DNA of 62,933 bases, counting the filler, from Calcarisporiella thermophila CBS 279.70 (taxonomy: Eukaryota > Fungi > Calcarisporiellomycota), in assembly GCF_041956535.1 (NCBI RefSeq). It is 5 parts of 5 records of this genome, joined end to end, with 100 filler letters (N's around TTAATTAATTAA, not from the genome) between each part and the next. Parts side by side here need not be neighbours in the genome. Positions count along the whole stretch, not along the records: positions 28,031 to 44,543 come from NW_027192199.1; positions 44,644 to 57,036 come from NW_027192246.1; 3 more parts are not named here. One strand, written 5' to 3'. The notes below the pieces were generated by a model. That model saw only the letters and a list, made by a program, of their open reading frames with translations, was not told the DNA's origin and ran no database searches. Both the position numbers and the translations under genes were made by a program. Below are positions 37,816 to 51,311 of this stretch, in pieces. Numbering within the stretch: position 1 is the stretch's first letter; the number at the start of each line of letters is the position of its first letter.

Positions 37816-40249
37816 TTGAATTTCTTGAAGTTACTCTGGTAGATCTGCCAATCTACCTCTCTGTAAATGTTATTTTCTCTCTATGTATATTTTTATATGC
37901 TTCAACAGCAACAACACCATGTTTTTTGTTTATTTTGAACCCATTCAGACTTATTCCAAAGTTAATATAGTTTGTTACTAATAATAATAACCACTATTTA
38001 CTTGAGTAATTTGCATTTATACGCTGAGTAGGTAGCTCTCTATTCTGTTTCACATTGTAGGGAAATCATAGAAAGTAAAGAGCGGAGCTCGATATTTTAA
38101 ATATGACATATAATTCATAGAATGATGGACACATTGATAACTGTGTATATTTTAAGCATTGTTTGAACTTGATAGAGTCATTGCTTGCTAATTGATTTAA
38201 CCCTATAAAATTAGATTTATATATATTATATATATTATTTGGGATAATTTCTTCGACTGGACGACTTGAAATGATAGAGATATCGATATTTTATGCATGA
38301 TCCTCATTTTGAATAAGCCAGTCGATGAATGGTACCTTTACACCCGTCGTGGCTGAAAATCGCTTTACTGATACGCTGGAATCCGCTATTAATGATCCTA
38401 ATTTGATCGTCTGAAAATGCAAGATCTTCCTCATATAGAACGGGCAATTTTTTGATAAGCGACGAAGTTAGGAAAATAGCAATTGAGGTTTGGTAGAACT
38501 TGTACGCGGTGTAATATTGATAACAATGACGAAGAGGTGAAGACGGTACAATGGTTAATTACCCTACAGATTAGGGGCAATTTGAAGCCTGGATTATCTT
38601 TTGAAAAATGAAATGGTCTGCAGAACAGAGAGTTGACAAATTAATTGAGAATATAATCAAGAGGAATTTTTTCTATTCTGTGCCTATTATTAATGAAAAT
38701 AGGAGTGACTCTGTAGAGCCAAGCCTTCAGATATTTCATTAATCACTCAGCCCTGACGTGTCAATGAACGGACAATGCCACCTGTAATGAAAACAGGTTA
38801 GTATTAAAATACAATATTGCATGGGAGGGGTGATGTACTTCGAGATAACTCTCGAACCCCTCCTCATGAGAAACATCATTTGATCAGGTACATTAGCCAG
38901 GGTACTCCTTAAGTTTATTATGAGGTTTGAGATCAGGCATTACTTCTTAAGCCAAGAATAATTAACTACTATTTTGTTTCTTTTTCTTCCTTCCATGGGT
39001 GAATTTGATTATTTTATTGTCTTTTGTGATCCAAACTCATGTTGGACGTATAAGCTGCCAAATCGTGTGAAGTCAAATGACGCTTAGGCAACGCTCGGTA
39101 AAAAATGGTACCAACAGGCATATTATCGAGCTTATACGCTCTCACAATCTACTAGTCTCTTATTAGATAATCGAGTTCATAAATCGCTGTGCTTAATTAT
39201 TGGGCTACTTTCATCCTCAGGAATATATTCATCATTCCTCTCTTGTGGGCACAGCATTGCTAACGAGACAGCAAATAATATTGATATTCGAATACATTGT
39301 TGGGTTTATATTAAAATTCCATTGCACTTTTAAGTTTGATGAATTAGGTTTTCTGTAACCTCTTCCTACGAACAAATTAATGAGCATTTATTCAAGCTGA
39401 TGCGTAAGATTGAGTATAAAGTCCCTTTTGAGCTCAAGAAATATCAAATACAATAATTGAAGCTTCAAATTTAAGCCACCATGGGCATGCATTCAAACTA
39501 CACTTTGCATACACTAGCAAACCTTTGTAAAACATCAATCATTTGAAAATAGTACATGGCTAACTATTAAAAGGTCGTACAAACATTTTAACCTATATTA
39601 GATTTATTAATATCTAATCGAAGCATGGAGCAGGGTCGTGTAATGTACTAAGTGAGTGTACCAATTATTAATGTTAGTTAGACCGAAACGTAACCAGGGA
39701 CACCCGGAGTGCAACACAGAGGGCGACAGTGGTTTCTTTAGTGCAAGCTAACCCTTCTTCTTAATTATGTATTGCACTCTCAAAATGAGTGAATTCAAAT
39801 GCGGATTGTTCTTTCTTTTCTAGATCTTCGTTTTTCGTTTAATAATTAGGCAGTACCATTGATCAGGCACCTTTTTCATTGTGCAGCCTACACCCATCGT
39901 GGCTGACCTTGATTACATTTTTTTAACCAGGAAAAAATTTTGGGTGTGTGGCATTTAGGAGACGCAATTGTGTTGCAATTCCTAAAACGATAAATCTTTT
40001 CTCACATTCTGTTGGGGATATATTGACGGATAAGCGATATTGAAGGAAAAGTTGACAAGTTGGAGAAGGATTGGATTGATTTTATAAATGATGTTTATTT
40101 GCACTCTGTTGGTCTTGTTTCAGTTCTCTGTAAGGCACTTATAGATCATATCGAAATAAAAAGGTATATAAAGACATGCAAATGCCCACTCTTACAACGA
40201 AAGTCAGTTTACAATCATTTTTATGTTTATCCTTTGAACCAACAACATA

Positions 40250-42380
40250 ATGCATACTACATTCCTTTTTACACTCCTTATTCTGGCTACAATGTGCAAG
40301 TCTCGGCCTATAGCGCAGCGAGAGGCCCCCAGTATATTGAATGTCGGCAAAACACAAGAAGGGCTAGAGAAAGTTCTTCAACCTATGTGTTTTGAGATAA
40401 ACTCATACTTGGATCCGGAATCTCGCAAAAGTTGGCCTTGCGAGCCATTGACATTTGAAAATGCGGCTATAACAGAAAGAGAATTTACTCGCCGTCAACA
40501 AAAAGATAACGCGACAGATATCAGCAATCAAATACAAGTCCAGTTTAAGTGCAACGAGGTGCCAGACAAGCAATGCAATAAAGCAAAAAAAGAATTTGAA
40601 CTCGCTGGCCAAATCTTATCAGCTTCGATCAAGTTCTCGCAACCCATCTTGATTGACGCACAGTACCTCTCCTTCTCTAAAGCTGATCCCACAAAGAACG
40701 GATTCCTTGGGTTCGCAGGACCAACACGTGCTCACCCAGTAAAAGATGATGATGGAGTGGTTAGGTTATATCCACAAGCGCTTGTTAAAGAGAGGAATCT
40801 CAATGGGACGGATTTTTCGCAGTCTGACATTACAGCTTATTTTAATGCCGATATCCCCTTAAGCTTCATAGATGAGGATCAAACGAAGCCTCAAAATAAG
40901 ACTGCATTTTTAGAAGTGGTTAGTATTACAGAAAAGATTTACCTTTTTTATCCTTCAACTTATTGATTTATTGATATAGGTTGTTCATGAACTTGTTCAT
41001 GGTCTTGGATTCGGTTCTTCTTGGAACAACAATATTGCCCCAGGGCAAAAGTTTTTAACTCCTCAGATTATATTTACAAAATCCCCTAATCAATCGATTT
41101 CGGTCAGTGGATTTATGGAATCGATTTTTGACCGCTTCCTGGTAACCCTTCCCGAGAATGAACGTCTAACTGAAATCACCAAACAATTGAACCAATTCAA
41201 CGACGGAAATCCAGTGACCGTTCAAAATGAAGCAGAATTTCAGACTATGTTTTTTAAAAGTCCTCAGGCAGCCATAGCTGAAAAGATGATGAATAAAGCG
41301 ACTGGCGGTCAAAGTGGTCAAGGAATTGCTTTTGTACCTTCCCAAGATACTGGAGTGAATCAGGTTTTGCTGGAGACTTCCCTCAACCCATACACATTTG
41401 GCTCAAGCATCTCGCATGTCGACAAAAAAACTCACCTCAACACCCACGATAGTTTAATGAAGCATAACGCTGACCTTGGCAAGTCTTTTGAACAAACCAT
41501 CCGCGAGTTTGGGAACCCTGTTGGACCAGAGTTGACTTCTATACTCAAAACAATGGGGTATAAAGTTGAGCCAGCCAGTAAGGAAGAAGTTCTCTTACTA
41601 ATAGAAAAAGCGAGACAGTTTTCTGCAAATATTCCCAGTGATGGACCTAATCCTAGTGTTAATGACGATGCGAGTCCGGATGCTACTGAGAGTTCAGATA
41701 CTAGCCCCAGTGTTAGTGAAAGAGGCGGTGGGAACCCAAATGCTAGCGAAAGTTCTGTCGCAATTCCGAGCATTAGACCAAAAGTTAGCACTGATCCTAG
41801 GGTTACCGAATTTGCCGGTGAAAGTACCAGCGTTAGAGCAATAGCCAGTGCAAGTACTAGCGTAAAACCGACAACTATTCTAAGTCCTTCCGTTAGTTCG
41901 ATTAGGGCTAGTACTAGGGTAAACTCAATAGCCAGCACTAGTGTTGGAGCGATCGGTGATGCAAAACCTAGCGTAGGACCGGTAGCTAATGCAAAATCTA
42001 GAGTTAGACCGATAATTGATACTAGTCCTAGTGCTAGATCAATTATTGGGGCAAGTACTAGCGTAAGATCAATTGCAAGTCCCAGTGTTGGAGCAATCGG
42101 AGGCGTTAAACCTAGCACAAGGCCGGTAGCAAGTGCGAGACCAAGTGTTAGTCCGATAAAGGGTGCTAGTCCTAATGTCAGAGCGGTTGGTGGAACTAAA
42201 CCTGACGTAAAACCGGAAGCTGATACAAGACCAGGTGTTAGTCCGATAAAAGTCGCTAATTCCAATGTCAGAGCGATTGGTGGAACCAAACCTAACGTAA
42301 GGCCGGTAGTTGGTGCAGTACCTCACGTTAGACCGAACACTGGTGTTAATCCCAATGTTGGGCCGATACCCGAGGTTTAA
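40250..42380 (+). CDS. Secreted HExxH zinc-metalloprotease-like protein with repetitive C-terminal tail, 2 exons (intron 40919-40979)
   Basis: Signal peptide; LGFAGP, LYPQALVK, ITAYFNA; spliced VVHELVHGLGF; GSSISHVD; SLM. Confidence 0.85.
41640..42377 (+). repeat. Degenerate 30-bp (10-aa) tandem repeat inside the protease CDS
   Basis: SPNVRAVGGT KPDVKPEADT RPGVSPIKVA NSNVRAIGGT KPNVRPVVGA VPHVRPNTGV NPNVGPIPEV. Confidence 0.85.
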
Positions 42381-42530
42381 CTAAAAGCTAGGCAATTGCC
42401 AGTGTTAATGCACTATGACCCAATATTCACAAGAATTATTATGCTGAAGTTATGCTGCTGGCCAGATATCAGCTAAGGAAATAAAAGATACTTACCGAAA
42501 ATCACTATTTATTTGCAATTATTTTACATG

Positions 42531-42620
42531 AACTATATTTTTTAGAAATAAAATTTATTTCTAAAAAATATAGTTATCAGACTCTATTTCTACATTAAAT
42601 GTAGAAATAGCGTCTGATAA
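42531..42620. repeat. Two abutting palindromes (22-bp perfect arms; 23-bp arms with 1 mismatch), each with a 1-nt centre
   Basis: AACTATATTTTTTAGAAATAAA-a-TTTATTTCTAAAAAATATAGTT and TTATCAGACTCTATTTCTACATT-a-AATGTAGAAATAGCGTCTGATAA. Confidence 0.92.
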
Positions 42621-45565
42621 AATTGCCCGAAGAATGCTTAAAGATTCAGCTTTATTCTCTTTCTTAGATATTTTTCACTACTTGTTACCAAATATATAAG
42701 TATTTATCGAGTGTAAATATATATCAGTATCTATTTAAATTTTCAAATATTGTATTAAAGAGTGGTAAGTTATTATAAAAAGATGGTTCTGATTGTAAAA
42801 TTCGCAGTAATACAGAAGATTCTACATAAATTGACTAGACCTGCTGCAAATAAATCACCTACGCATCTCCATGTTCTCTTCCCATCGTCAATTGTTACTT
42901 CTATAGCTGTTTTTGTATACTATCCGTTCGACATAAGCTTAGCCAATTTTAACCTCAACCTCTCTGAAATACTTTTCAAATAAACAAAAGTTTGCTACGT
43001 TACACCATATCAGCGTCCACTAACATCTCCTTTCATCATTGCATCCTGCCCACGCCAACTGCTTTGGAACTGATTGATTTCTTGTTGCTATTGTGACTTA
43101 TAAAATATTGGTTTTATATGCTTCTTCTATTTAGAAGTTTTTGTTACTAGTGGTTAAAGACTTTGCGAAGAAGTGTATAGATTTAATAAAAACAGCAGAT
43201 TAGTGTTAATAATAATAATATCATGAGAGCAGAAGAAAATGTTCGATAAAATTTGATTTGGTGTTTATATATAGGAAATCGAGAAAATCAAAATAGATGT
43301 TTTCACGAGTAGCAAGATATGCATTATTTTTAGAGAATCTAATCCATGAAAAAGATTTAACCAATAAAACAATATACAACCTCTGGTCCTAAAGAAGTTT
43401 TATTTGGCTCGTAGTGGCGCGGTTATGACTGTCTGTATGAAATACTGACATTCCCATAATAGCAATGTCGTGTGCTAGAGAAGGGATATGTTGTAAGTTA
43501 GGATAAATAGGCGAATAGTAGCGGTTTCACGGATAGTAGTTTGTTGCAATTTAATATTCCGTAGCGAGACTTTGGTTCAGCCTTCGGATTATATTTTTTG
43601 TGTTTACTTTACGTAACTTAGTTATTTTAAGTGTATATATAGTCTTTAGATCTTAGTCTTTCTAAGAACAAGAAGTAGCTAGAACATTATTAGTTTCTTT
43701 ATATTTTTTTTGATCAATTATTAGATTCTTTGTATTTTCAATCTCTTTTCGAATATCTCCTTAAACTATCTTGAGAACACGAAAGTAGATGTTAGTTGGA
43801 AACAGGAAATGTGTGGTAGAAGGGAATTATCTCAACTATCTGAGCGCTATCTCAAGTAGCCTGCTTATTCGTATGCAGATCCGTACTTAAAGAAAGGAGA
43901 TGTCGAGAACTTGGTATATGAAAATAGAACTCTAAATCCTTGCTTTATTACATAAAAGTTATCACCCTTTTTATAATATTGCTAGATAAAACTATGACTC
44001 ATAACAAATAGTCAAAGAATAGCTCAATATTCAATAAAACCAAGAAAATCCTCAATAAAACTAAAATATGCATCTTTGAAAGATATCGAATCCCAAAACG
44101 CCGTCACAAGCTTGTCCACGTTACTTTATTCTCGTCGTTACAATAATATGTTATGAACCGTGGTGGACTTAACCAATGAGAATCACCTAGCGAGAAGGAA
44201 ATCTAATCTTTTATTTCAAATCTAATCTTTTCATCTAATTTTTGGAAATCCAATTCTTTAATTTGAGCGTTACCTTTGTTCTACCCTATTCACTTTATGA
44301 CAAATATTACGTGATATGTGAAATGTTTCTCTTGTTATACCATTCTATCTATTCTACTATTTCCATCTATCTGTTTTCTTATTCTTATATAAGGCTTAAC
44401 CTTTTAATTCTAATTAATAACAAGTTCCTATCAAGTTTGAGATTTTCGGTGCTATTTCTCCACATTTCCTAAATTCCACATAAAAAATAATGTTACGGGC
44501 GAAAGGAGGTTTGTGTGGAGGGGTGTCCGGATCTTTATAAAAANNNNNNNNNNNNNNNNNNNNNNNNNNNNNNNNNNNNNNNNNNNNTTAATTAATTAAN
44601 NNNNNNNNNNNNNNNNNNNNNNNNNNNNNNNNNNNNNNNNNNNAGAGAACCTTGGGCTCTCGCCCAAAGGGAATTATCATCTCGGAAATTTCTCGAAAGG
44701 AGATTTGGCGAAGAGCATTCCATTATATACGGGGAAATAGCGACTTGAGTGGGCTTTTAAATGATATAGCTGTTTTATACAGTATATTGGAATTGTTTAT
44801 GAAATACCGCTAGAAGTTCTTTACTACGAACCAAATTACACCTAACCCATTTAGATAGCCTGTATTCTAAATAACCGCTCCAACTATGCGCCCCCTCACT
44901 CTTTCGAGAAGATTCCATCGACTTAATTTTGCCAAAATAAGAGTTGTTAATAATCTGTTCTCTAAGTATTTACATAAAGTTGGAGTTTAAAATATTGCAT
45001 GAATTTACAATTTGAATCTTTTTATTTAACTATTTGTCATCTCTGATACCAGAGTCAATAATGGAACTATTTTATGGATTTCAATTTTGATTATTATCTC
45101 TCTCTGTATTTTATTAGATATATCATGGTATTTATACAATATATGTATTGTGCATTCTATATAAATGAATATGAACATACAGCCAGTATATATAAAGTTT
45201 AATAGACCATGGCGCTAACCTTTGTTGTACATTAATCAAAGGCCATCCTAACATTCACTTAGAAAGTTTGAACGGATAGTCATCCAAGAAAATAAAGGAA
45301 AAAAAAAGAATAGCAATAGTAACTGGAATAGTTCAAACCTCAAGGAGCACCAAAGCCCCTAACACTACGAAAAAGCATAGGTAAATTCAAAACTGTGAAA
45401 CGAGATATTGAGAAAAGTTTCGAATTGCAACTGTTCACTCCCTTAATACAACTTAGCCTTATAAATAGTATAATAGGAAATGAAATTATTTGTTTGCAAG
45501 CAATCTAGTTTAATAGTTATAGTATTTCAGCCCTATTTTGAGTAGCAGGATTTTTATTTATTGGA

Positions 45566-45877
45566 CTAATCTAGACAGACAGACTGCGAATTATATTGAA
45601 TGTCGCCCAAATTGCCCCAGCCCTCCTTGTCGACATGGATACAATTTGAGCAGTCACCGTTTCGACACAAACTGTGAGCAGCATTGCCTTGCGCTTTAAC
45701 CGACCACAAATTATGACGCCAGTACTCTGGGATTGGGGAACATTGACAGTTCGAGAACGGAAGCGTTTCACAGCGACCTTGGAAGTTTTTTCTGTTACAA
45801 GCAAGTAAAGACGCGTTGCTCTGAACTGATAAAAGGGAGACAGCTAAGAACAGCAGATAGAACAACTTTGCAGCCAT
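45566..45877 (-). CDS. Small secreted Cys-rich beta-gamma-crystallin-like protein
   Basis: Signal peptide; Greek-key-like CNRKNFQGRC...WRHNLWSVK; 8 Cys. Confidence 0.75.
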   Translation of the reverse strand: MAAKLFYLLFLAVSLLSVQSNASLLACNRKNFQGRCETLPFSNCQCSPIPEYWRHNLWSVKAQGNAAHSLCRNGDCSNCIHVDKEGWGNLGDIQYNSQSVCLD

Positions 45878-48634
45878 TAGGTTATAGGTTATATTGAGGA
45901 CTCCAATACTTAAATTGTGATGGATTTACAAAAAGTTAAGGGAAGCAAGAAAAAAGATGATTTTGAAATTAGCCCACGCTAGTTAATCTACAGGAGAGAT
46001 TCGTAATTAAAGCGATTTCGCATCTCTCAGATGGCATGCTTTATAACGTTTGGAAAAATGGCGGACTTTTGATTCAGTAGTATAGCATATTCAATGAATA
46101 AGAAGATTAGTTCGAAGCCAGATTCGTCCAATTAAACATTGTCCAGAAACAGCTGATCCATCGAATCTTACTTAGAGTTGTATTAACGAGGCACTATGTC
46201 CTTTTTTTGCTCGTCCCACCATATCTGATTAGATGACTCATACATGCACAAGCGGTATAGATATACTATATCATAGAATTTCGAAGAGTGCTATAAATAA
46301 AGTATTATATGTAATAGCGAACATCATTAATAGGTGAAATTAGGGTTTCATCTATCGGCAAATCAAAGATGTGGCGGGTTTCCTCAAGTGCTTATTGTTT
46401 TCAATGCGAGATTCGCACGCACCACGCTCTAAATGCGAGATTACACGATAATATACATTGAAGGGTGTGCAAGCTTAATTCATTGAAATCATAGAAAAAT
46501 AATAAGGGCATATCTAATGATAATGTGGATGAAAATCTACAAGAAAAAAAGCTACCCATATTCTCTCAGTTACAGTAAAAAGTCTTCATACAGGAAACAA
46601 ACTTCCACTACGCACTTTGGTTTGACTCTAAACTAAATAAAAAAAAGCGACTAGAATCCTTTATGGCTGGAAAATGCAACACGAGATGGGTATGAAATGT
46701 GGTAACACCACCAAACTCCAACCCATTTTATCTAATATTTATATATCTTTAATAATGTTTATTTTCTCCTATATAATATACTTACTATACGCGTATTCAA
46801 TTATGTATTATGTGATTTTGAAATCTCACCATAATCTTCGATTTTTTTGTCTACAACTCTCTTGGTATTTTAGAAATGAATCAGATACTTAACAATCGAC
46901 TGAATTAATACGTGAACCAAATGGAATAGTTTCGAGAACCTGGTAGAAGATGAAGAATCTGAAAAGCAGAAAAAATGGATATTTCACGAGAGCCGTTAAA
47001 AGCAGAAACCGCTCCATATGATGTATAAATTATCAAAATGTAGCAAATGTTTTAGTTGTTTCATGTAATAAATCCGATAGTGTAGTAATAATAGCAAATA
47101 TCCAATTAAGAGTAAAAAACAAAGAGAGAAGAAACAAAAAAAAAAAAACTGGCGAGATGTAATGGATCAAGAAAGATTTGAAATAGGAGAAAAAAGAGCA
47201 TAATGTTTCTAGTAGACTAAGTTTCACGATTCAATATACTTTAAATTTCGATTATTTCCGGAAGACCTCCATCTTCAATTTCAGTAGAGGTAAATTTCAG
47301 GGATATTCTGTATCCACGGTACTTTACTGGAAGATACTATATTCAAACAGATAGTCAGGTTGCAAATATCTTCAGGATTTCTAAATCATAAGTTGTCTAA
47401 AAATAGCACATGGAAAAAACATCAACCATGGTGTGAGGCTGCATACCATCGCGAGAGTAGTTTTGGCATACTATAGGAGAGTTGATGCTGAGTTTTCAGG
47501 ATATATTATCGACTTGGAATACTCGACTGGTAGCGAGTGGGCCAAGAAGAGAAAACTCACATCTTATTATTGAAACACTTGTATATTTCCCACTCTCTCA
47601 GGAGATATTCGAAAATAGGCAAAAATTGCAAAAATGACGGCACTATTGCCCATATATGTTCGAGCAACTCGTTGTTAATGGGAAAATTGGACCATTTTAC
47701 CACCCACTAGTTCAAGAATTTCACCGGCTGAGATCAATCCATTTTTCATTGCATAATAACATTTTGGAAACTCCGTGGAATTAGCTTCGTGACATTGCCC
47801 CCATTGGTCGGAGAGGGGCCGACTCGATGGCCATACTGAGATTTGGTCGATAAATAGTTATTTTGTTGCAGTGTATTTATGACAGGGGACATTACCTAAT
47901 GAGAGTGCTCTTTTTGTGGCATATGAAAATGACGCCTTGATTGTTTATATACTAAATTTGATTACTTTGGTCATGCTAATGAACAAGTACAATTTGGTTT
48001 ATTGATGCTATTACTCCTATTATTCTCTTGCGATATTTATTTAGGTTACTGAAGGCGTCTAGCAATCGCAGAATACTCCTGCAATAGTTCAAGCATTTCA
48101 AAAAGCGTGTGAGGATGTTTTATAAGCCCCATAGCCACTCAATTCATTGGAGTGTTGTCCAGTATGATAGATTTGGTTCCACGCAGGTTTTACAAAGTAA
48201 ATCAGATCAGAATTGTGGCATCGCACTGTATCGAGCGGAGATTCAATGTGCAGGGGTATTGGAAATGGCTGCGATACAGGGACGAGTCGCATTCCCCTTG
48301 AAAACCACGAGAAAGTTTGGTGTGTGGCAGAGAATGGCGAAAACGAAACTTCCATTCGGTCCACCAATGAACCTCACTAAATGCGGAGGACAAACCAGCC
48401 TTCCCAAAAATGGGAATGAATCCGGGCTAGATGCGATGCATTTGGGGCCATTTTTTCGGTTCAGTGCCGGCCAAAGCATCCAAGTGCAAGCCCTGAATGC
48501 GAAGTACCAACCCTAAGCCGGTGGTCACTTCCAGGCTTGAACCCAAATCCCGAGTATAAATGCGCGCTCATTTGCCCAACCGACCCACAGGCTGCTCGCC
48601 GATTTCCCCTGGCTCAATCCGCTGTAAAATCACT

Positions 48635-48958
48635 ATGAAACTCCTGGCCATTGTTTGCTGCGTGCTCTCGCTCACCATAGTCAACGCCGATTTGATTATG
48701 GACAAGGGCTTGATTTACCCGGAACAAACCGTCAAATCTGACGCTAATGCCTTTCCAAACAACTGTGCCAATGTGAATGATGCCTCAGGCTACGGATATC
48801 ACTTTAGAGCCGCTGCGCCTGGCGAATCGTGCTGGTTCTACGAAAACGATACCTGTCAAGATGGCACTGGATTCGCCTGTGCTGATCACGCGGGATGGAG
48901 CTCTTTCCCGTACCGCAACACTATTCGATCTATCCGGTGTAAATGGGGAAGCTGCTAG
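48635..48958 (+). CDS. Small secreted Cys-rich beta-gamma-crystallin-like protein
   Basis: MKLLAIVCCVLSLTIVNA signal; CWFYENDTCQDG...IRSIRC; TATAAA at about 48555. Confidence 0.72.
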   Translation: MKLLAIVCCVLSLTIVNADLIMDKGLIYPEQTVKSDANAFPNNCANVNDASGYGYHFRAAAPGESCWFYENDTCQDGTGFACADHAGWSSFPYRNTIRSIRCKWGSC

Positions 48959-49219
48959 CGATTTTATGTAACAGTCCCCTGCGCGGGCAAAGTAAAACTA
49001 GGAAAAAATATGAATTCAGCCTTTAATAAAATTACGCATGGTGGATGAAATCCTCTTGCATAAGGGAAATATGAGATTTTGGTCGGCATACTCGTAAATT
49101 TGCACTTCCGAACACTATTAAACTCTGCCTTAGGAAATCTTTATTCAATTGAACAAGCCACGGATTCGAATCATGAAACTAGAATGCTCGTGAAGGTTAA
49201 CATGATTTTTTCCACCTAA

Positions 49220-49390
49220 TTGCAAAAAAACACTCGAGTTGGCTACAAGGTCAGATTGGATGATCTGTGGGAAAAGGTGAATATCGTCTGGGAGTCACTC
49301 ACTCAGGAGGATTGTTTGAAGTTGATCCGCACGATGCCGGAACGGATCCAAGCCGTTATTAAGGCAAAAGGAGGATATACTAAGTGGTAG
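49220..49390 (+). mobile_element. Tc1/mariner transposase C-terminal remnant
   Basis: LDDLWEKVNIVWESLTQEDCLKLIRTMPERIQAVIKAKGGYTKW* matches the typical Tc1 C-terminus. Confidence 0.85.
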
Positions 49391-51311
49391 TCGGAGAGCA
49401 CTTTATTTATACAAATTATCGAGTATTCATTATAATGCCCATGTAAAGAAAGAGAATAAAAGGTTGGCACCATGTAAAATCTCTATATCTGGATTTAAAA
49501 AATTTCCCGAAATATATTAATATTTCACTTGAAGAGAATTAGTAAAGGGTATTCAGTTGTATATGTAATGGTAACGGCGTAAATGAGCTTTTCAAATATT
49601 TAATAGTTTTTTATACGGTCGTTGTTTGTAAAGAAATATTTAGGTAAAAGAAAAAATTTTTAGGTGCCCCAAAAATTTCCGGAGATACTTTATTTTATCA
49701 GGGTAAATCGTGGTTTTGTTTATGTTTTCTAACAGGTTTCCTTATGATGTTTTTTTGTAGGGATGCGTAGGTTGGATTCATAGTGGGCGAGTATTCTATG
49801 TGGTTGATAAGGAACAAATTTATACGCTATCATAGATGTAAAAACAAAGGAGTATGTTGTAGTATGAATTAAAAAGCCAGTTAGTAACTGATTTTTCTGA
49901 AAATTTAGTCTATTACCACGAATTTTAACTTGACATTTGATTAAAATTCACTTGCTTTATCAATCATATTCAGAAAAATCAGGGATATGATGAAAGCAAA
50001 TAGTGGTTATAAAAGATGGTGAAATAATTTTTTGATTTTATATTGTACTGGGCATCATAGCGAAATTTCGATAATTGAAATTTCATTTTTATTGTATAAC
50101 TCATGACATAAAAGGTATTTTGCAAGTCCATGTAGATCGATGGTTGTGATATGGATAGCTGTGGTTGATTTTCGTAGCGCAACATAGTATAGCTTGATTT
50201 GAGGATATTAAGGGAAAGTGATATGAAAAATATAGATTATTCGATCACATTCCGAGGGCAGTTTATATATAGGTTGTGATCTATCTCACTTGAGTTCTTT
50301 GGTGTGTTTGAGTTGTGTTATCCCTTCTGCCTGTCTTCTTTCCTTTTTATCAGTATATTCTTANNNNNNNNNNNNNNNNNNNNNNNNNNNNNNNNNNNNN
50401 NNNNNNNNNNNNNNNNNNNNNNNNNNNNNNNNNNNNNNNNNNNNNNNNNNNNNNNNNNNNNNNNNNNNNNNNNNNNNNNNNNNNNNNNNNNNNNNNNNNN
50501 NNNNNNNNNNNNNNNNNNNNNNNNNNNNNNNNNNNNNNNNNNNNNNNNNNNNNNNNNNNNNNNNNNNNNNNNNNNNNNNNNNNNNNNNNNNNNNNNNNNN
50601 NNNNNNNNNNNNNNNNNNNNNNNNNNNNNNNNNNNNNNNNNNNNNNNNNNNNNNNNNNNNNNNNNNNNNNNNNNNNNNNNNNNNNNNNNNNNNNNNNNNN
50701 NNNNNNNNNNNNNNNNNNNNNNNNNNNNNNNNNNNNNNNNNNNNNNNNNNNNNNNNNNNNNNNNNNNNNNNNNNNNNNNNNNNNNNNNNNNNNNNNNNNN
50801 NNNNNNNNNNNNNNNNNNNNNNNNNNNNNNNNNNNNNNNNNNNNNNNNNNNNNNNNNNNNNNNNNNNNNNNNNNNNNNNNNNNNNNNNNNNNNNNNNNNN
50901 NNNNNNNNNNNNNNNNNNNNNNNNNNNNNNNNNNNNNNNNNNNNNNNNNNNNNNNNNNNNNNNNNNNNNNNNNNNNNNNNNNNNNNNNNNNNNNNNNNNN
51001 NNNNNNNNNNNNNNNNNNNNNNNNNNNNNNNNNNNNNNNNNNNNNNNNNNNNNNNNNNNNNNNNNNNNNNNNNNNNNNNNNNNNNNNNNNNNNNNNNNNN
51101 NNNNNNNNNNNNNNNNNNNNNNNNNNNNNNNNNNNNNNNNNNNNNNNNNNNNNNNNNNNNNNNNNNACTTGAGTTCTTTGGTGTGTTTGAGTTGTGTTAT
51201 CCCTTCTGCCTGTCTTCTTTCCTTTTTATTCAGTATATTCTTATTAAAATCCAATACATTGTAATTTGTAATTCTTGAGCTGCACCAGAATGACCAAGAT
51301 AACTGCAATCA

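Noticed and set aside
41432-42289. 285-aa hydrophobic antisense ORF
   Set aside because: Shadow of the 30-bp repeat in the protease gene.
44490-44760. Possible LTR starting TGTTAC
   Set aside because: No second LTR, PBS, PPT or TSD visible; interrupted by a gap.
50288-51243. ~75-bp direct repeat flanking an N-gap
   Set aside because: Most likely unmerged overlapping contig ends.
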